From: Harriotta raleighana
Taxonomy: Eukaryota
Length of the DNA stretch: 58,862 nt
Assembly (NCBI GenBank): GCA_050575255.1
Contig: JBNZDD010013718.1
Location: 2,349,670-2,408,531, forward strand
Direction: 5' to 3'
Shown here: positions 13,391 to 25,390 of the stretch, piece after piece
Layout of the letters: the number at the start of each line of letters is the position of its first letter
How positions within the stretch are numbered: the first letter of the stretch is position 1
Translations under genes and position numbers: made by a program
The notes under the pieces: model-generated
Databases searched by the model: none
Told to the model about the DNA's origin: nothing
What the model saw: the letters and a program-made list of their open reading frames with translations, nothing else

Positions 13391-14007
13391 TGGCTCACAT
13401 CAGTATGCAATTCTGTAAAACTTGACACCACGCAAAGTGGTAGGGGTGGATTAGATTGCAATAAATAAAACTCATCTTGGAATATTGATTAAGTTTTTTT
13501 TAAAAAGGCTGAGAGTTTATTAAAAGGCTGAAAGACATTATGGATTCAGAGAGCATCAGAAACGGGGCATTTAAAATTTTTACAATTATCTTTCTCATGT
13601 TGTAACACACTCCCAGGCATTTGAAATGTTGTGCAATGTATAATTCTTATGAAGTGCAAGAACTGCAAAAAAAAAATCACAATCTTAATCTGCCTCGGTG
13701 ATACATTACTGTCACAATAAAGCAGTGAGATTATTAAAAGATCGAAGCAACACATTAAAAGAAAATTAAAATAAAATGAAAGGAAATCTGTCTTCGTTAA
13801 ATGGTAGGCACAACGGCAACTTCTTTGTGTTTATGATGGGATTTTCTGATCAGTGCTGCTCATTGCCATTTTGGATTATATTGAAATGAGCAAAGACTGT
13901 TTTTAGTCCGCGTCGGTTCCAGCATATCTCCAAAGGATTCGCACTCTCTCATCGCACCATTTTTTTTCTTCTTTAAAAAAGCTGATTGTCTTCATCTAAT
14001 AATTTCT

Positions 14008-14225
14008 TGCGTTTGGTATCATGCCTTTCACATTATTGTGGTATCTCAAAGAGACTCACAGGATTTACTGCTAAGTGTAGTGACAGTGTGTTTTGTAGGT
14101 GAACTCATTGCACCCAGCAGTGTTCCACATGCAGCTACAAAGTGAATGACTAATTATACATAGGATACTGGTGGCTTGGACATCAGAAGTAGATCCCTGT
14201 TAACCTGCTCTTCTTTCCAGAATAG
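14008..14225 (-). mobile_element. Old Deu-domain SINE remnant
   Basis: Diverged reverse-complement match: tctcaaag...cacagg...gtgacagtgtgttttgtaggtgaa...cagcagtgttccaca. Confidence 0.55.
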
Positions 14226-14789
14226 GAAATAATACTATTATAAGACATTTTATTTTGTTGTTAATTAGACTATGAGTTGTTTTTTGTGCCTGGCAGTAGT
14301 GAAGTGCAACAGCAACCAAGCGAGACCCAAATAAACCTTTCTGCAATTCACTTGTCGCTAAATAGCCTTAACAATAGGCTCTGAGCTTTGGGATTGAAGA
14401 CATCAAACCTTACAGAGTGTGCTGCAAACTCTCTCTGCCTACGCTGGCATCATTGATCAAAATACTTCATGCAGCTAGGTTTGTGCTATTGCACCAGTGG
14501 GAAAAGTTAGCCAAGTTGATGTTATAAAGCAGCCTGGATATACATTGCACTCTCTGGTCTTTTATTTCCACTCATGTTTTACTTATAACTTGCTCAATTC
14601 TGTAGAACTGTGAATTACAGTAAGTGTCACTCACAAATTAAACTCATGTAACATTGATATCCGGTCGGGACTCTGTGTCAGTGGATTCAGTTTGTATGTA
14701 GAGCGCTGAAGGTACTACGTGGAATCTGTGCAGCTACAGATGCATTTATGGGAATTTTTAAAAACCTATTTTTAACTACAGTATTTCAC

Positions 14790-15168
14790 TCTGCCTCGCA
14801 CACCAAATTGCATTTGGTTTCCCTACCAACCTGCCCGCCCCCTCTGTTCAACGGGCTCCAGTCTGCACCATGTCTCTCGCCCGACCCACCCTGCCATCGG
14901 TGGCAGAGCTTTCAGCCTCTCTGCCCCCACACTCTGAAGCGCCATCCCATGGTCCCTTCATCTCGCTTCCTCCCTCGCCTCCTTCAAGGCCTGTCTCAAG
15001 ACCCTTCTTTTCGATTGTGCCCTCTGCCACCCTCTCACCTCTCACCCTCCCCTCCCCACTACACTGCCCCTTCCCCCATTTGTGTCCCAAGCCCTGACTA
15101 TTCAGCGCCTTGGGACGTCCTCCCGACGTGAAAGGCGCTCTAGAAACGCAATTTGGTTGTTTTGTTGT
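14790..15168 (+). mobile_element. L2 LINE 3' end (ORF2 C-terminus, 3' UTR, (GTT)n tail)
   Basis: Translates as IGGRAFSLSAPTL*SAIPWSLHLASSLASFKACLKTLLFDCA, the L2 GxRAFS..AP.LWN.LP...FK..LKT.LF motif with an in-frame stop; then a pyrimidine-rich UTR, terminal stem-loop and gttgtt tail. Confidence 0.9.
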
Positions 15169-15931
15169 ACAGTGCAATCACAAGTTCTTATTTTAAACGT
15201 TCCTTTTGGATGTCTGTTGCGAGGAATCTTAACCTACTCGGTTAGAGTGTGTCGAGCACTCCGAGATTCTTCGAGGCAGATTGTTACATTTTAAATCAGA
15301 TACCGGAGCGTTGCAGTTCAATGACGTTAAAATAAATACACAGGGGGAAAGTTTGATGCCATTGAAACCGCAGTGCTCCAGGCTTTGNCCTTTTGGATGT
15401 CTGTTGCGAGGAATCTTAACCTACTCGGTTAGAGTGTGCCGAGCACTCCGAGATTCTTCGAGGCAGATTGTTACATTTTAATCAGATACCGGAGCGTTGC
15501 AGTTCAATGACGTTAAAAGAAATACACAGGGGGAAAGTTTGATGCCCTTGAAACCGCAGTGCTCCAGCTTTTCNTGCCATTGAAACCGCAGTGCTCCAGG
15601 CTTTGCTAGAACTCGGTATTGCTTCACAGCGAGATTGGGGGAAGGAGAGTAAACGGTGCAGATTGCACAGATATTGACTGGTGCTGAAAGATCTGTACAG
15701 TGCTGTCTGTAAGCAACGCACACACCCCACTCATCAATTTCCTCTCTGGAACAGTTGGGCTATTGGCAGCCGGTTGCATTAATTGTACACAGCTATAATT
15801 AGTTATCGCTGCTGTTCAAGAAGTACTACAGAGTGACAATGGCAAGATCAGTCATGCTAGCATTGAGTTGAAAGTAAAGCAAGGATACTGCTTATTGCAC
15901 AATACATCAGTGTCTTTCCAGCTGCTGCACA

Positions 15932-16070
15932 ACAACAATAATAATAATAATAATAATACTAGCATTTGTTAAAGCGCTTTTCGCGTTTTCTTGACGTCTC
16001 AAAAGTGAATTGACTGTATATTTGTGGATGAAACTCAGCAGCCAATTGTGCACAGCAGTGTCCCAGTGCT
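15932..16070 (-). mobile_element. SINE 3' half, main family
   Basis: (AAT)n tail, then agcgcttttc...gtgaattgactgtatatttgtgg...cagccaattgtgcacagcagtgtccca. Confidence 0.85.
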
Positions 16071-17130
16071 GGCACAAGACATAGTCCAGCAGGTCTATGA
16101 ATCCATATTTTTTCTGGAAATACTAAAATGTTACATTGCAAACCTTACCTGTTTCAATGTGCCCCGTGCAATTCTCTCCCCTGGTCACCCTCCCACTCTC
16201 TCTCTCTCTCTCTCGCTTACGTGGTATCCAACTCCATCCCTGTAAACCGCCATGAGCCGTTACCCAACATGAAGGGCTCTACATAAACACCATTTGTTGC
16301 TGATGTTAATTCAATGTTATGCACAACTGATTTGTTTAGGGAATTATATGTTGACGGTCCTTTGCAAATCCAGATTGCGAACAATGCATTTTCGCACCAT
16401 TGAATTCTCTGCCGGTGAATTTGATTTACAGCCTACAGCGTCTATTTCTGTTAACATCACCAACATGTGGCAGAGGGCAAACAACATTATCCAAATCACT
16501 GTGGCTTATAAATCACATTGAATGGCCTTTAGATACATACTCATTGACTTCAATCGTTGCCTCAATGACAAAATGTTGCCTGATTTACTGTGGACGAACA
16601 ACCTCAACTGTTAGCGGTTTTATGGATTCAAAAGACTTCAAGTTAAAAGAAAAGTTAACGTTGGAGTAAATCGTAACTTGGCTAAAAACTGTTAGAAGAA
16701 AGAAAGGGTCCAATGGAAAAAAAAAGTGCTTTAATATGACTATAAAATGTATTTTAGTTTAGACTTAATATATATATATTATTGTGTGTCTATGAGTATC
16801 TTTATATAAATTAGATGAAATTTATAATGAACAGTAGATAATAGGATTTTTAATAGGATAAAAATATTAATAATAATCCTTGAATTTGATATAGCACATT
16901 TTTATGTCGAGGCATGTCTCAAAGCATTTCATAGTATCTATTGTAAAGTGCAGTGACTGCATTATTTAGGCAAGCATAGCAGCCAATTTGCACACTGTGG
17001 ATGTCCTCAGAGCAGTCACGAAGAGAATGACCAATCTTTTCTGGCAGATTGTTGGCCAGGCCAGTGGGAGAAACTTCCTTCTCTTTCAACGCAGCGCCAA
17101 GGGATCTTTTAACATCTGGAGGAGAGACCG

Positions 17131-17426
17131 TAACTTGGCCTGCTTCATGTCCCCCAACCCATCCGTCTAACCATTGGCGGGCGAGCCTTCAGTCACTCTG
17201 CTCCCAATCTCTGAAACTCCATCCCAAAGTCCCTCCGCCTCGCCCCCTTCCTGGTTTCCTTCAAGTCTTGCCTCTTCAATGGACCCATCAGCAACTCCCC
17301 CCCCNNNNNNNNNNNNNNNNNNNNNNNNNNNNNNNNNNNNNNNNNNNNNNNNNNNNNNNNNNNNNNNNNNNNNNNNNNNNNNNNNNNNNNNNNNNNNNNN
17401 NNNNNNNNNNNNNNNNNNNNNNNNNN

Positions 17427-17490
<64 letters not shown>

Positions 17491-17597
17491 ACAACCGGCC
17501 TCAGCTTGGAGCTGAAGCAGTATCTGTCCAGTGCCTTGGGACGTGCTCCTGACGTGAAAGACACTAGACAAATGTAATTTTGTTGTTGTTGTTGTTG
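17131..17597 (+). mobile_element. L2 LINE 3' end containing a gap
   Basis: accattggcgggcgagccttcagtcactctgctccc reads TIGGRAFSHSAP; tail gtgccttgggacgtgctcctgacgtgaaagacact...(GTT)n. Confidence 0.85.
17305..17490. other. Assembly gap plus poly-C run
   Basis: n at 17305-17426, homopolymer C at 17427-17490. Confidence 0.95.
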
Positions 17598-18299
17598 AAG
17601 GATGACACCTACCGCACAGGAGTATAAATGTGGTCTATTAATTCAGATTTATCCAGCAACCCTCTGACTCAGAGGCAAGAGTGCTGACAGCTGAGCCAGG
17701 ATGGTATACAGTACACTAATTGAAAACGTTTGCAGCCCAATAAATACACTTCACACTCGTCGAAAAGAATATGCTGTTTGCAGGAAACAGAATAATCTTT
17801 CAATTGTATTGCTGCTGCTAGATCAATCGTTGATAGGTGCACTAAAATTATTCCTGTGCTTCCAGAAAATACCTGAGAAATATTCTTCGCTCAGACTCAT
17901 TCTTTCTGAGAAACCGGAGAGACTCTGGGGAAGATTTGATTTGCTTAATAAGCTCCAAGAAAAGGAATTGTGTAAAATACCTAGACGTATTCAGAAAATA
18001 TTGTAATGGTACATTTTCAATCCCCAAAGATTTCATGCCTCTTTCTGTGTAATGTGGGTAATTTGAAGCCAGCAATTTCTGAGGATTTGCACCACTAATA
18101 TTACTTGCCACATGTTGCTAGGAACAAACCAATCTTTAAGATGATGTTGTGTCTCACAGATTAAGGAAAAATACAGGCCTGCATTTGCTGCATATTTGAA
18201 TTCACCATTTTTACAATCAGATTCTATCTGATTTTCCTTTCCGATTCTTCCATTGAACGTTCTGCAGCCTATATTCCCTTGTTCACTTGGTTCTGCAGG

Positions 18300-18685
18300 T
18301 TCCATCAGTCCCATCCTGGCCAGTCTTCAACAAAAGCCCTATCTTCCAGTGGATCAACTTTAAGATCCTCATTCTTATCTCCAAATGTCTCCACCCCAAT
18401 TCTATGCCTCCTCCTCTCTCGCTCTACCCATCCTACCATTGTCAGGTGAGCATCCAGACACTTTGCTTTTCGAAAAAAAAATAATAATAATTCTCTCTTG
18501 AACTCTCTTCCCAAATCCCTCTGCCTCGCTCTTTCCTCTTTACTTTCAAATCAACTCCTGAAGACAACCCTTCACTGACTTGAATTTTAGCTCCGTCATG
18601 GTTCAGAATCCCACTTAGTCTTTGTAAAGTGCTTTGAGATGTTCTTCCAACAGGTAAGTAGCGATATCAATTTCAATTATTGCTG
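18300..18685 (+). mobile_element. L2 ORF2 remnant
   Basis: ISPILASL followed, after a frameshift, by QWINFKILILISKCLH (L2 ITP.L..LHWLP...RI.FKI motif); tail gtaaagtgctttgagatg. Confidence 0.75.
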
Positions 18686-20229
18686 ACATTGACCCATATT
18701 ACAAATCATTCAATGGATAGCAGTCTTGTCATGAACTTCTCCCAATCCCACTGTATGCATGAAAGTGACTGAGGTTGAATGTCCCTTTGATTGTTTTATC
18801 CCTTTGGGAACACAGTTCATTTCTGCTCTGAACTATTCCCAGAAAGTCAGATTGAAATCCATGTACTGTATTACCGCTGCAAAATACAGTGGACTGGTAA
18901 ATATTGAATGATATACTGTACTTTAACCTTTGGTTACATTGAATTACAACTGATAAAATCAATGCATCAAAAAGCATGTTTTTTAGAGAGGAGGGAAAAC
19001 TACATAATTCATACCATTCAAACAGAAATGCTAGACAGACAAATCTCATTTATTCTGACAATTAGAAAGTCAAACCGACCTAAATCAGATTTCCTATCGA
19101 AAATATAAACTGTGCAGCTTCATGAATTCCAAATTGGTTTAGATCTGGTAAAAAACTACCTTTGAAATACCATGCATTCACTGCCCAATTCAATATGGGA
19201 AGCTACAATATGAATCCCCCAGGCAGTCAGACATGCAATACACTAGGGTCCCTTTCATCCTTCCAACTGAGAGGTAAATGCTGGCTAAGAGGTGTGAAAT
19301 AGATCATTCCAATTTTTCTTTGCAATTGGGCACAAACTCATACAGCAGGGTGTTCAGAAGATTCAAAGCAAGAAATCAGAAGCCATTGAAAGCAAGAGAC
19401 TGAGTTAAACTGGATTGTGGATCACCTGCTTAATGCAGGCTCCCTATTATGTTTGTGGTATTACACTAAGCACTCCGAGACGCTGCTGTTGTTGTTTTAC
19501 ATTGAGGGCTGACTGCTAAAAATAACATCCTTCACTGAGTCTCACTGTAGAAAGATTTAATGGAAAAGATTGCTGCTTATAGGGATCATGGTAAGCAAGA
19601 TCGCTATTGTGTTGATGTCCACTATTATTCTCTAAGATCATTCATTTGGATGTTGGTTACAGATGAAAACAAAACCCAGACACAAATACAAACCGCCTTT
19701 CTGTTTCGTGGAATGTGGGCCATATGTGAAAGGGAAAAGCTACAACGCTGGCTTTACTGCCTCAATTACTCAGTGTCACTTGTGATCAGGAAGGCCATCC
19801 ATTTATCTGCAGTGGTAAATCATGCACAGATTTCCAGAGCGCTTTGCAAGGTAAGCTATGAATCTGTATGTAAGGCTGCTCACATGCAGACCGAGTGAGA
19901 CAGTGGGTCAGCGTTGCCCAAGAGACAGAGCAATGAAAAATCCTATTTTCAAGCATGGCAGCTTCAGAAAGTGCATCTGCACTGTTATAGCAACCAGAAA
20001 ATCTGTAAGTATATATATATATATACATTTAAAATCAATATGATCTCATACAATGCAACACAAAATTACATTTGTTTAGTGCTTTCATGTTGCGAGGACA
20101 TCCCATGCTGGCATCTGAAGAAGAAAATTTAGATTGGATATAATTATTTTTGTATGCTTTCCGAGGGGTGTAAAGGCGCTTCATCGAAACTGAGCCCTGG
20201 TGGAGACATCTGAGTTTTCTGTATTATCT

Positions 20230-20370
20230 GATGGGACGTCCTGTGGATGAGACTTTAAACCGAGGTCTCGTCTGTCTGTTCAGGTGGACCTTAAAAATCC
20301 CATGGGCACGATTCAAACGGAGAAGGGAGTTTCTCTCTCCTGGTTTCCCAGCCAACAATTCCCCCATATA
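20230..20370 (+). mobile_element. Deu-domain SINE central segment
   Basis: ggatgagactttaaaccgaggtctcgtctgtctgttcaggtggaccttaaaaatcccatgg...gaagggagtttctc, matching my recollection of the DeuSINE (AmnSINE1/SacSINE1-type) domain. Confidence 0.8.
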
Positions 20371-22026
20371 ACAACAACAGCAACAAAATTAGATTTGTAG
20401 AGCTCTTCTCACGTTGGGAAGAAATTACTTTGTAATTGGTGGATCCCTTCATAACTGTTTGAAGGAAGTTGCTGTGCCTTGTTTTAACGTCTTGCACAGA
20501 TGATGGACCAAACAAAACTTACAGTAAATCAACTTCAAAATGGATGCAGTGTTCAAGAATAAACTCTGAAATGAAATGCAAATTGAGTGAGTTCCAGGCA
20601 GCTGGAAATAACTTTTTTAAAAATACTTGGACAAATAAATATAATACATTGCTTCTGAAGATTGTTAAAAAAAAGACTGTAAACTATTCTATGCCGCTGA
20701 ATGTTGTCAACTCTTTACCATCTTTAATTTGGAAAACATTTGTTTCAGTGGACATTTCAAACCTTGTTTATCTAAAGTTACCTTCGCTCCGTGCTCTCCT
20801 ATTATGCTTCAGATAGCGAATGTGGTGTTTTTACAGCCTAAAATATGTTTAGCCAATGGGTTAAAATAGTAAATTCACCATGAACATCCATTCGTCAGCA
20901 TGGTCAAATATTAATGACACTGTCAGAGCCAGCAGAGTCTCATACTTCTATGCACTCTTTGATATACTTCCCTGTTAGGTGTAAAAGACAAAATGGACAT
21001 TTCATTGCTTCATGCCAGTCGGTAATTGCGGGTGTCACATTTAATTTGTACTTAAATGTGGCAACGCATGTGGATGTGGTTAATTCTACATGAATCGAAA
21101 CACTTGTTTACATGTGCTGTGCTGAGCTGCAAGCCCGGCAGTGATACACAGGGCGAAACGATAAAACACCAAAATCAACACACTGAAATGCTAGCCAGGA
21201 GACAAAAGGAATCTGACATGCTGCTGACTCTGTGGTAGGATTTCAATGGCCTGTGGGTCAGAGAGGCAAGGTGATGGAACCTCTTTTTGTTTTGTATATC
21301 GCTGTCCAGTCTGAAGTCTGCCCAGTGTTTTAATACACTACTCTAGTAAGGAAGAGGTTGTTTCATATTGAAATGATACCCATCACACAAACCCCGTTGC
21401 TTTCTAACATTATGACAGAATGACAGACTCAGTGAAGAATTCAAAGGCTCAATTATTTCATCGCAAACATTTTATAGCAAGCTGTAATTTTCAAAGAAGC
21501 ATTAGGTGAATCTGGGTCTAGTGTGTTGCTGGAGAGTGTTGCTGGTCTGTTGGCTACAGGGATTCATATTTGTTTTCTAGAGATCTAGAGATGTTCTAGT
21601 TCTGTATTTCCTTTGCACTTCAAACAAACCTGACCTATTCAATTGAAGTTGGTTAGAAAAAAACCTACAATGAAAATTCAGCAATAAATTTATGCCCCTG
21701 TTGGGTGAGAGATGACAGAGCTGACTGAGAGAGGAGGAATGCCCAGAAATAGCTTTTTGTGAAATAACTGCTCTGGATAGATTGTTTCTAGATATATGAA
21801 CAAAAGAGGGTTCTCTTGGGATATATAGTTCTACAGCTCATGTATAAACTGGTTCATAACATCAGCCGTGTGACCTGAAATTAAAATGCAAGCTTAATGC
21901 AAAGGTCAGGTTTCAATAAGGAAAGGTCAGTTGATTCACGCAGTTATCACCTTTAGTGTCACTCATAATAATAAATGCTTCCATGCAGTAGACTGTTGTC
22001 CTTTGAAGGCACAGAAGTTTTCTTAC

Positions 22027-22441
22027 CATTGCTAATGGTAAGGCCATGACAGTAATCCTTCCAGTACAATGCTCCAGCTATCCTGAGGGATCTTATCTAA
22101 AAATCCGTCGCCAGGAATCTTTCAGCCCAGAAAGAAATCTCTTCATTTGGGGGAAATTAGATTGCTGCGATTGACCAAAGAAAGCACCGAATGGCACCGT
22201 GGGGCTCTAGCTTGTGGTACAGTATCTCTCTAGGAGATTCCCTGAATCGTTTGGGTCCGTTCACTTTGACACAATCTGTTCTTGGAGTAGAATTCCTGTG
22301 AGTTGGCATGTATTCTAATAGGATCTTTGAACAAAGAGGAAAGATTAGAAATACTTCAGGTTAAACATCCACGAGTATCTGAAGTGTTTCAGCAACAAAT
22401 GAATTTCCATTTAAGAGATAGGTTCCACATCTGAGACTGTT
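22027..22441 (-). other. Candidate exon (mostly 5' UTR or lncRNA), possibly ending in a start peptide MALPLAM
   Basis: Acceptor c(t)10ag directly upstream of 22441, donor AATG|GTAAGA at 22027, and a Kozak-like gtcATGG at 22047. All three frames have stops upstream. Confidence 0.3.
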
Positions 22442-22639
22442 CTAAAAAAAAAAGCATTTCTCAAACATCCATCTCCATGTTTCACTGGTACCATTTGCTG
22501 CCTTGCAATGCTGAACTGTTTGTTAATTTCAAGACTTCAATCATTGGAAATACACTCAGTAAAATAGAGATACGTACTTTATTGCTAGGTAAAAGGGGTA
22601 CGATTTTAAATATACAAGAGTGCGATCATTCTGTACGTA

Positions 22640-23042
22640 CCTGGCTCAGTTGGCAACATTCTTGTCTCTGAGTCACAAGGTTGTGTGTTCAAGCCTCACA
22701 ATGCAACTTTGACCTCACATAGTCAGGTCAAATGCTGAATGGGGAGTGTGCTGCATTGCCATCTTTCAAATGAGATGCAACTTGCTTGTTCAGGTGAACT
22801 TTGAAGATCTCAAGTAACTATTTGAAAAGAGAAGGGAGTTTCTCTCGGTGTCCTCGGCAACGATCCCTCCAATAAAATTGGTCATCCACTTCATGACTGT
22901 TTGTGGGTTATTTGCAGTCCGCAAATTGGCTGCCATGTTCACCCACATAGTGCACAGTCACCACATTTACAGTGTATCCTGTGAAGTGCTTCGAGACACC
23001 CTCCTTAATTGAAAGCTGCTGTATAAAATTTAATGATTATCG
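22640..23042 (+). mobile_element. Near full-length older Deu-domain SINE
   Basis: Head tggctcagttggcaacattcttgtctctgagtcacaaggttgtgtgttcaagcc, Deu segment, core gcaaattggctgccatgtt, degenerate tail. Confidence 0.8.
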
Positions 23043-24324
23043 TTCTGCGCCATGCTTTCATTGGGGACTATTGAGCAATGTCTAGACCTCTCTCTTCAAG
23101 AAATGAGGGGTAAACATCTGGTGTCTATGTCGTTGGGCTCTTAACAGCACTATCAAAAGTGTATATTTGTATGCACCCAGATTATTGCTATGTTTTGAAC
23201 AGTACACATAAAACGTTAAGGTAAATGGCTGCAGTTTAAAGATAATTATGATTGACAGATATCACCAATTTGACTAGCAGCTGAAATGTGGGCTGAAGAA
23301 TTATTTTAATACTTTTCAATAAACTGCAATCAATTCTCCGAGGTATTGCTAGGAAACAGAAGGAAATGCACAAAAGCAGCATGAGAACAGCAGACATAAA
23401 TGTCAGATCTCTCAGTCACAGCCATGTTCGGCAATAAGCTGACAGTTTAAATTCCAAACAGAATTTTCCAAGCTTGACAAATAACAACAGTGAAATCCAC
23501 CCACCAGTTTGTGCAGAAATCTCTAACATAAATTCAAGATGATACCGTTCGACACACAAGGATTATCGTTCGTCCAGAAAACACAGCTAGACGAATCTAA
23601 CCCTCGACACTAATTTCTAATGAGGGACCATTTGCTCTGTTGTTAATACTGTGTATGACTTGCAGGGCAATTTCTAGATGGCAAACCAAAAATAGAGCAA
23701 CAATTTTATGCCGCTGATTGTTATTATCAAATTCCCAGGGCAGGTACAACAAAATTACGATAAAATTACATTTATAGATAGGTATATGTTTTCACTGCCC
23801 ATCCCCATGCATATTTTGATCCCTTAGTGGCACCTCATTTTTCTCAGAACCTAAAAAGGCTTAGAGATGGGCTTGCAGCTATCATCAGGCCACTTTACAC
23901 CTTTTTTATGAATCAGAAAACATTGCAACAGCTTAGAATTTTTTTTTCTATTCAGTGCTGCGGCTCTGAATGATCTATCATTCCCTTTATCTTATATTAT
24001 AATCATATTATATTACATTATCTGCCCCAGCTTGCAATAGAATTCACAATGTTTACCTTCCAAGCAATTCAACAGTCAGAAGCAAGTGACTGTTACTGCC
24101 TTCAGATAGAGGGCGAACTCACCTTAACACATGGCATTACAAGCATGGGCACAGGAATACTATTTTACAAGCCAATTCCTGTTATCCTATTCCTGTTATC
24201 CCAAGTAAAGCTGACAGAGGCTGCGTTACTTTAAATCAACAGGAAAATTTCGAGAGAGGAATAGAGAGGAATCAAACAAGAATCACTGTTCACATTAATT
24301 AATACATGCCATGGGACATATTCA

Positions 24325-24470
24325 AAATGAGGATTTTCTCCCATTATCCTGGCCAACAATCCTCCAAATAGAACTGACTGTTAAAATTCACGGTTGCTTG
24401 TGGGACCTTAATTTCTGCTGCATTCGCCTACACGTACACAACCACTGCACATTACAGTTTTGCTTATTGA
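24325..24470 (+). mobile_element. Deu-domain SINE remnant
   Basis: tcctggccaacaatcctcc...gcttgtgggacctt...gctgcattcgcctaca. Confidence 0.55.
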
Positions 24471-24573
24471 AGGAGTGAGGTCGATTTTCTATTAATTTGA
24501 CAAAAAACTTTCACTTATGAGTTATTGATTTAGCCAAATTCAACTTGGAGTTAACACAATATAGAATTAATTA

Positions 24574-24610
24574 CAGTGGCGCCACCTCAGGATCAGCTCT
24601 GATAACTACA
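24574..24610 (-). promoter_or_regulatory. Candidate CTCF site with upstream module
   Basis: Minus strand tgtagttatc-agagctga-tcctgaggtggcgcca resembles the CTCF upstream motif plus core; motif match only. Confidence 0.4.
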
Positions 24611-25309
24611 TGAAATTCCTGTTAAGATCAATGTGCTTCCGAGAATAGCTCGATATAGCTTTATAATTGGCAAAATAGGATTTGCCTTATCATGGAGCAG
24701 CTGTTGTTATCATTCACTTGGTTCACCAGTGGGGTTGAAGATTGAAAGCAAGCTATCGTTGATTCTAATTAAAATATATGCCATTTCCAGGCTTGTTAAA
24801 ATTATTTTAACTGGGGAGGATGCTTCAAAGTGCTTTGTGGTTTGTGGATGCAAATGATGGGGTGTGTATTCAAACGAGCAAACCAAATCAACTCTGTGTT
24901 ACTGCAGCAGGGCCTTATAAAACCAACAGACATAATTCTATCAATTCAGCTGTAAGTGTTAATAAATGGTAAATGTTTAATAGGTTAACAATAGGTTAAT
25001 ATATGACTTTGTGACAAATTTGGCACAGTGTAGGATTGAGCAGAAGAAAGCAGACCACAAATCAAAGCATTTCTCAAGCTGCAATTGGTAAACAGATCAA
25101 GAAATGGCCAGAAATCTTCAGAAACAAGTGGCCCAGTAAAGACCAAACACATAAACATGATGGAAGGCGTCTTGACATCGAGGAGGTTTTACTTAAGTGC
25201 TTTGATTAAGCACAGGCAAAGGAGATGCATTTTGTTAGCCACAGATTAAAACGCTTTGGAACAAAGCTGCAACGTGGAAACAGAATTTCAAACTGGAACA
25301 AAATCTGCT

Positions 25310-25390
25310 TTCAGCGCTCTTGGGATGTCCTCCTGACTTGAGGAGCGCGATACAAATGCAGTTTATTGTTGTTTATTGTTGTTGGTGCTG
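25310..25390 (+). mobile_element. L2 3' tail
   Basis: ttcagcgctcttgggatgtcctcctgacttgaggagcgcgatacaaatgc followed by (GTT)-like repeats. Confidence 0.75.

Larger units (their letters stand above)
16865..17698 (-). mobile_element. Deu-domain SINE split by a nested L2 insertion
   Basis: Tail and core at 16865-17130 (gttggccagg...gagaaactt...gggatcttttaacatc); head at 17600-17698 (tctgactcagaggcaagagtgctgacagctgagcca). Confidence 0.7.

Noticed and set aside
17049-17571. Poly-Pro/poly-Gly ORFs (also at 30050-30351)
   Set aside because: They are translations of homopolymer runs and N gaps.
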